57,629 nt of DNA, from NCBI GenBank assembly GCA_001938485.1, contig MQRK01250234.1, positions 74,680-132,308 of the forward strand, in the 5' to 3' direction. The stretch is from Girardia tigrina. Its lineage: Eukaryota. The position numbers and the translations under genes are program-made. The notes beneath the pieces are model-generated. The model worked only from the letters and a program-made list of their open reading frames with translations. It was not told the origin of the DNA and made no database searches. Positions within the stretch are counted from its first letter, which is position 1; each line of letters starts with the position of its first letter. Positions 50,401-57,629 of this stretch are shown here, in pieces.

Positions 50401-50949
50401 AACTAAATATACTACAACTTTATTTCTATTAAATCTTTTCTATTCAATAAAATTATTGATTTTAATAAAATACACATTAATAATTTTGAATTTTATCTAA
50501 AGAAATAATTTTTTAAATAATTATAATTTTATTCAATTTGAATTACAGGATACTCTAATTTCACACATTCAGGATCTAAAAATGATAAGAATGGTATGTT
50601 AAATTATAATATAAAAAATTTTTCTTTATTGAAAATTAAGTATTGCTGCAAATGCTCTTTTTATTATAAAGCACAGAATTTCTATTATTCATTTAATCGT
50701 TATTCTACTTTTTCTAAATAAAAAAATATACTTTAATGTAATTAATAATATCACCTCAGAGATATTTTTCTCTCTTATTTCAACTTCTGACAATTTACCA
50801 CTCTTTAAAATAATGCAATAATCATCTGTCTCATTTTCAATATTTTCATCATTATTATCCTCAAAATCCTCATTCATTTAATCTTCGATAAATAGATAAT
50901 CTTCAAAAGATATTTAATTAATAATGTCAAGTTTCGTATTTAAATTATT

Positions 50950-51400
50950 AAAAAAATCATTTTCTTCATCATTTCTTGAAATAACTGTCATTTCAGATTT
51001 TGATATCAATTTTGTATGACTTCAACAATTTTTAATAACCTCTCACGAAACATAAGCATCCAACACATTTCAAAAATATTCTATTAAATGCAGTTTTACT
51101 TGGGATTCAGGATTATTTGCTAAATAACCCTTTTTTATTATTTTTTTATATCTTCTTTTAATTGATAAAATAATTCCTGTCTCTAGGGGTTGCATTTTAG
51201 ATGTCGTATGTGATGACATGAATAATAATTCAAATTTGGTTAGGTTTAAGCCTGTTGTACTGTGACATGATGCATTGTCTAATATCAATAGTTTTTTTGG
51301 TAATTTGGAGGTTTTATTAAATCAGAAACTCATTTCTTTATACAAATCTGAAAAATGAGAGCGTTCATCCATACTTTTCATTAAAAAATAATTAATAACT
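50950..51400 (-). mobile_element. pogo/Tigger (DDE_1) transposase remnant
   Basis: LILDNASCH...LLFMSSHTTSKMQPLETGIILSIKRRYKK matches LLxDNAxxH...FLPPNTTSxxQPLDxGII. Confidence 0.75.
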
Positions 51401-53532
51401 AAATTATGAAGGTTACTGATCTAAAAGCAATGTTACTTTTCATTTTTTAGAATTATAGTGCGTTTAAATTTATTAGTTTTAAATGCACTCGAAATTGTAA
51501 AAATGCAGATCGTCCAAAAATGTCACCAATAATTATTTGCCAAAAATAAGCTCAAAATGGAATCTGATAAAATTTGCAAAAACTAAAAAATTGATTCAAT
51601 TATCTAAAATCATTTAACAAAATTTGTTCGAACTTTCACAAGTAAAACGAAAACAGAGATAAAAAAATGAAATCGAATCAAATCGATTTTATTTTTCTCT
51701 CGGCCAATCAAATTTGGCTATTTTGTTTTCTTTCACCACACACCACCCGATGAGAGAAATAACCCACACAACGGTGGTAGCCAATGATAGATAATAATTA
51801 ATGACTTTATGAGTCATTTAAATCAAAACTGAATGAAGTTCAATTTTCAAATGTAAATTTATTAATTTTTTATTTTTTAATTTAATTTTAATCTAATATT
51901 AATCATTTATTTATTTAAATTTATCGATTTAAATATACAAAAGGGAAGCGACCAGGAGATAAATGATTTCAGAAATTTTTAAAGGATTTTGAATTCGAAC
52001 GTTTCGAGACAATAGATATAAAGATCAATTGAGATAAATAGTAATAATAACTATTAAATCCTGAACATATTTATAGGTTAATTTAATCTATCTTTGATAC
52101 ATAATCAAAATTTCACTCACAATGATTAAAATCACAAAATCCTCAAACTTAACAGTCAGTACATAACACCCAAATAAATTATCAGAATATTATGTATTAA
52201 TGTGATGCTAGTGACCTAAGTGATTGAAGTAAGCCATCGATAATTGACTTTGGGTATGATTTAGAATAGATTTATGCTAGACAATAATTATACTTAGTAA
52301 ACATACTAGTAAATATTTAGCGGGAAGTCATTCAGTTAGTGTTGAAATAGAAAAATGAAACGTTGTAAAGCTTAACTGTCTGAGTAACATATAAGTCTCC
52401 TCCAAAATATGACCATTTGTTAATATATCCAATGACTTTATAAAATATTTAAAGAAACGGGCAATTGGCGCCAATAACATAGTCCACATTTTCAGGATGT
52501 AATTACTAAAAAAATAATAAAAATTACAATATTGATTTGTTAATGACAAAATTCCAGAAATTATATACAAATTCAAAATCATTAGGCAATTAACTATCAT
52601 ACTCTCTTTGAACTATTCTTGACCTGCAATATTAACAAAAGCAATACTAAAACCTGGTCTATAACAATTTATTTTCTCATAATGTAACTCGTTGCTGAAT
52701 ACAATATATAAAAAACAACCCAAGCAAATATATGCATCTGTAACCATCCTTAGTTTTAAAACGTTTGTGGAAGTTCTCTATAAGAACAACTACACATCTT
52801 CCACTGAGGCGTGAAATAATTTATTATTATTTATTAAGTAATTTTAATTTTAATTAGTCTGCAATCATTTTACAGTGCCATTAAAAATTCTGCCTAAAAT
52901 TAGTAGAGATACCTTTACTTATAATTTCAATGGGATAAATAGTTGAAAATTAATCTGTCCATAAATGATCTGTAGGGTTGCTTAAGGATAAAGTATACGG
53001 ATTAATTTGACAATGAAAATATTCGAAGGTTGTGACTGTAACTCCGATAATAATATGTCCGTTACAAAGGTGAAGATTATAAAAATCAATATTTAATATA
53101 TTTTATCTAAAATTATTATTATATTATCTAAATTCTTTAAGCTAAAAACATTATAAAATAAAGATATTTATGTACCAATAAATAATTTATATTTTTTTCA
53201 TCAAGAGGAAATCATTGAATACAAATAAATATAATTATTTAACCGATTGTACAAAAAATTAGATAAAGCCATTGACTATTTTTTATTTCATTTTAAGTTA
53301 AGCTTTTATTTAATTTTATTTTCATTATAAAAATATTATTTTAAACTTAACAATTATTCTTTTTGATTTATAACTAAATAAATTTATAATTATATAACTC
53401 TATAACTATGTATAACTTTAACTATATAAAGGTAGAGAGAAGTCTTTGCAAAGTGGCAATTCATCCATTAAAGGATTTTTTATTTTCCGATAACCTAGAC
53501 TGCTGTAAAGGTTTTATATATATTTTTCTAAT

Positions 53533-53650
53533 ATAACATATGAAAATTCATTTTACACCACGAAAAATAGTTTCCAGCCGTTGTCTTGTTGTGAAATATC
53601 GCTGAAATAATTACCGACCCCTTATAAAGATTGGACATGATAGCAGCCAT

Positions 53651-53682
<32 letters not shown>

Positions 53683-54770
53683 NNNNNNNNNNNNNNNNNN
53701 NNNNNNNNNNNNNNNNNNNNNNNNNNNNNNNNNNNNNNNNNNNNNNNNNNNNNNNNNNNNNNNNNNNNNNNATATATATATATATATATTTGAACATATT
53801 CAATTGAGTAGGAATAGTTTTTCTTTTCTCGATCAATTTAAAAAATTCAAAAATAGAGATTAAGTAAACTACGGAAGTGAATTTACAATCTTCCAGAAAA
53901 ATTTTGACACACATCATTAAAAGATAATTTCAAAAATGAAGAGTGCATTAAAAACACCTTGATCGAAGTTTCGAATCCCACGAATTTTATAACAGAGGCC
54001 TTAAGATGTTACCTGAAGGTTGGGCACGAGTAGTCGAAAACAACGGCGACTATATTGTTGATTAAATTGTTTTCTTTGTTTAAATAAATTTGTTTCAAAT
54101 ATAATTTTTAAAACGACATTAATTATTACTTGACATAATATTATTAAATCATTTTTCACGTAGCTATCATATAAAACATATTATTTTGGGAATCATATGA
54201 AGGTTGATCTAAGTCAAACGACTATGGAAAAGTGACATATTCTTAATGGAAACATGGAATGAATGCACCTGCCATTTTTGAATATCTATGGGCTCTGCCC
54301 TGCTACTGTACCAGCGAGAAACTGCCAACGAATAATTGCCAAATTCATTTTTGGTAATTTTGTCGTTGATGAGGAAGAGGAAAGTGATATGACATTGTTT
54401 TAAGATGATGAAGAAGATAGAATCAAATAATTTCTACATACGAAAAATATACTACGTAATATTGCAGAAGAGATGTTGTCTCAGACAAAAGTATTTCTAC
54501 ATTTGTACAAAACTGGAAAGCAGTATTTTTTGTGCAATAAAAATAAAGTCAACGTGGAAAGAATATATCACGAATTAAAAGTGATACACTGAAACAACTT
54601 TTTTCCAAACTCATAACGGCTGATGTGAAGAGGTTATTTTGAAACAATGAAAATGGCTGCTATCATGTCCAATCTTTATAAGGGGCCGGTAATTATTTCA
54701 GCGATATTTCACAACAAGACAACGGCTGGAAACTATTTTTCGTGGTGTAAAATGAATTTTCATATGTTAT
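53533..54770. repeat. 124-bp inverted repeat pair (53533-53656 and 54647-54770)
   Basis: Reverse-complement identical except one position; the left arm abuts (TA)n and the N gap 53683-53771. Confidence 0.9.
53900..54138 (+). mobile_element. Mariner 3' end remnant
   Basis: EFYNRGLKMLPEGWARVVENNGDYIVD* followed by a TIR-like AAAACGACATTAATTATTACTTGACATAA and TA. Confidence 0.7.
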
Positions 54771-54879
54771 TTACTTCCTCAAGAAAAAGAAATGAAAACA
54801 GAAAGTTTGAATGAAAACTTAGTTTGCAAAAACTAGTACATGCAATTCAGAAAAAAGTGCTTGTGCTGTAGAAAAGTTT

Positions 54880-55100
54880 TTACCATAACATGTTTCACTT
54901 AAAATAAGCTTCTTAAAATCGGTTTTAGGGTGAAAATGCATCCATCATACTACTAAGATCTTGTCTCTTCTGACAAACATCTGTTTTTTTCTATGAAATC
55001 TCACTTTTTTGGAAATAGATCACTCCCTGAAAAGATTTGGAAAAAGAGTTCACTTTAAAACTTACATAACTTTCGGAAAACGAAATAAAAACTTACAGTA
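54880..55100 (+). mobile_element. Mariner transposase remnant
   Basis: LLKIGFRVKMHPSYY*DLVSSDKHLFFSMK matches HPPYSPDLAPSDYHLF. Confidence 0.55.
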
Positions 55101-55149
55101 GTAAAAAAAACAAAAGTGCGTGGACCTTAAAGATTTTTATTTATATAGT

Positions 55150-55740
55150 CTATTGTCTAAAATTAATAATAATGTAAACAAAGGCCATTTTTTATTAATA
55201 AATTTATTTCCAAAACAAACGCTTTTCACAATTACGACATCTTCAGTGCAATGAAATAAAGTGATTAATTAATTTTTATATAATTGAAAAACAATTATAT
55301 CATAGATCTTAAAAATATGCTTAAAAATGATTTTAATGATATTTAAAATTTTTTATTGCTATTTGAAAAAAACATTAATATTATTAGAGAAATTACGTTA
55401 CACGCATAAGCATGTTTTATGATGTTTTATTAATCATGCTTTGACAATAATCCTTTCATAATTTAAAATAACTTTAAAATCTTTATTAAGATCATTAATA
55501 TTACCTTTGCATTGTTAATATGGCTCAATATTGAACTTTTCTACTCGATTGAATATGTTCAGCAATTCTAGTGCGGAGATGACGACTTGTCTCTCCAATG
55601 TACAAGGCTTCGCACCAGTGACATTTGAGTTAATATACAATGGAGTTTTTGATTTATTGGAAAAATTCTTTCCAGCATTTATTGGTAACAAAGATTACTC
55701 TCAATTTAAAGCCAACACGGGTTTCATGTTCTAAAAATCT
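55150..55740 (-). mobile_element. PLE 3' fragment with degenerate hammerhead (55215-55249)
   Basis: NFSNKSKTPLY...CEALYIGETSRHLRTRIAEHI. Downstream GCA-CTGAAGA-T-GTCGTAATTGT-GAAAAGCGTT-TGT, with stems II and III damaged. Confidence 0.72.
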
Positions 55741-57629
55741 TTTGAACTCTTGCTCTATCTGAGTACGGTTATTTAAGATTAATAGTCAAAGTTATATTTG
55801 ATATATTACTGTATCTTTCTGAGAATACACTTATGGGTTATCCAGAAAACATAGGGGACAAGGAACTAAGCTTTCTTGCAAATAAACGCTCAGGTCGTTT
55901 AAATATATATAAATATATACACAGTTATAAATCATTGTATTCTAATTGTATAAGTCATTTTTAGTAAAAAGTTAGATTTTCAAAATTTACATGTAGTTTA
56001 GTAAAAAGCTTTTTTCACAAAATCATAATTATAAAATAGTCAACAGTATTGTAAACATTTTTATTCTCAAATTTGATACATTGATTGGAAGCAAAAATCT
56101 AAACACAATTTACCGCCCATGGACGTATTCCTAGAAAAAATACGGTATTTGATTTTAAGTAAATTGATTCAACAGTATAGTTTTTATTATTTTATACAAA
56201 TAATTTTTATTAAATCCATTTTTTGAAAGTATATTATGAAGTTCCTAAACTTTATTATAAATCGATTCAAAAGTTGATCTTAAACCCCAGACTCGGTGTA
56301 CCAAACTTTTAATCATGTTCCTATTGTATTTAGGGTTAGAAAAACTGTTGAGGCAACTGTAAAAATCTGCATGAGTTGGTTTTCAATAAATTTGAGTTTG
56401 ATATTTATTTTTAATTCTATCTATTAATACGTCTGAAAACGAAAGTTTATTAGTATTTTCCATTTCAAAGTACATTAAATATTATAAACATTCTCTTCAT
56501 CTTTATATGTAACAAAGCGTTATCTACATATCTCGTGTAAAATAAAGGTAAGTCACTATTAAAATTATTGAACTAAATATGCAAAATTATTGATAGTTCT
56601 AAATTATGCAAAAGGATAAAGCTCATCAAAGGTGCTCAAGGTGAACCCATAGCGATACCATCAGTTTGCATAAATCATTACTCATGAAAAATATATTGCC
56701 TTCATAAAATGTTATATTTCAAAATTGCGTTTCTTTATTCATGTTTAATTTTTAGTTCGAATTATTTTCAAAAACTCATTATTTAATTTCTGTGTTTTTC
56801 TAAATTCAACCACAGTTTTTTTTTCATATGTAATATAACAATAATTTTACTATTGCAATAGAAAACTAAAATTATATACTTAAATAAATTTATTTTATTG
56901 TTATGTAAACTTTTGTCAAAAAAAAACTGCATAAATTTGATGGTTTTCAATTAAAGTTATTTCAATTAAATTTGAGAAAAAGTTTTAAATTCTTAAAAAA
57001 GAATTAAAGAAGAAAATTATAATTTATTAATCAAGCGACAAAAAACAATTTAAAATAATCACTTCTGTAATTATTAAACACCTCCTAAAGAGGTTCAGGT
57101 TTTAAAAATCAGTGTTTAAAGATTTTTATAATTTTACAAAAAAACCTTGTTCAATTCTATTTTGCGTGTCTCTAAAATTCAGAGGCTTTGATGATCAAAT
57201 TCTTTCCGCGGGAGTAAATATTACATCTTTTAAAAACTAAGATAATTTATGAACTTCTTTCGTCGTTTCCTATAAACTTAATTCGTCAAAATTAGGATAA
57301 ATATTTAGTTATTGTAAAGGTTTATTAACAACATCACAATTTGAATGCAAACATTTATTTACAACACAAACAGATTCTTCACAACAATTTTCAGTGGTCA
57401 TCCTTCTTTGATTAATATAGTTTTTGATTAGCTATTTAAATATGAAAAAATTAATGAATGGGGAAATATTAATATTACATTTTAATTTCTCATAATTTTT
57501 ATTGGATAAAAGTCATTACATAATTTTTTAAATAAACATTAATTTTAAAATATTAAATTTTAATAAGTTAAAATCATTTACTGAAAATATTATTAAAATT
57601 CATAATTATCAAACTTTAATTAATTAGTA

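Noticed and set aside
52300-53060. Coding-like stretch with faint domain resemblance; similar stretches at 8540-9620 and 54200-54640
   Set aside because: Multiple stops and no motif firm enough to name a family; needs a translated search.
3396-53917. Many 60-90 aa ORFs rich in I, F, Y, K, L and N
   Set aside because: Expected by chance in AT-rich or microsatellite DNA, or they span N gaps; no motifs or splice support.
1-57629. CRISPR arrays, rRNA, tRNA, prokaryotic operons
   Set aside because: No repeat-spacer periodicity or RNA gene signatures seen. The only tRNA-related sequence is the 13-nt PBS.

Overview
Very AT-rich eukaryotic DNA from a draft assembly with five N gaps and many (TA)n tracts. 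The composition and element mix suggest an invertebrate such as a triclad flatworm (inference only). The window is mostly decayed transposable elements. DNA transposons: one full-length hAT (Charlie/SPIN-like) with TIRs and TSD, two near-full-length cecropia-type mariners, a deleted mellifera-type mariner, a 406-bp Tc1 derivative with D35E spacing, and pogo remnants. Retroelements: Ty3/Gypsy, BEL/Pao and LINE fragments, and about nine Penelope-like element (PLE) fragments. The best-supported structure missing from the ORF track is a set of eight minimal type-I hammerhead ribozyme motifs (five well formed, three decayed). They show covarying stems and mostly palindromic stem III, and most lie at PLE 3' ends; four have a short tail that runs into (TA)n. 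One PLE insertion keeps an inverted terminal segment and a 14-bp TSD. One probable host exon (45860-45962, +) encodes a DSGQGAS motif resembling a protocadherin cytoplasmic tail, so much of the window may be intronic. A GC-rich, hairpin-dense island of about 500 bp at 26.0-26.5 kb remains unexplained. No rRNA, tRNA, CRISPR array or intact long ORF was found. All family calls come from reading motifs by eye; no database search was run.
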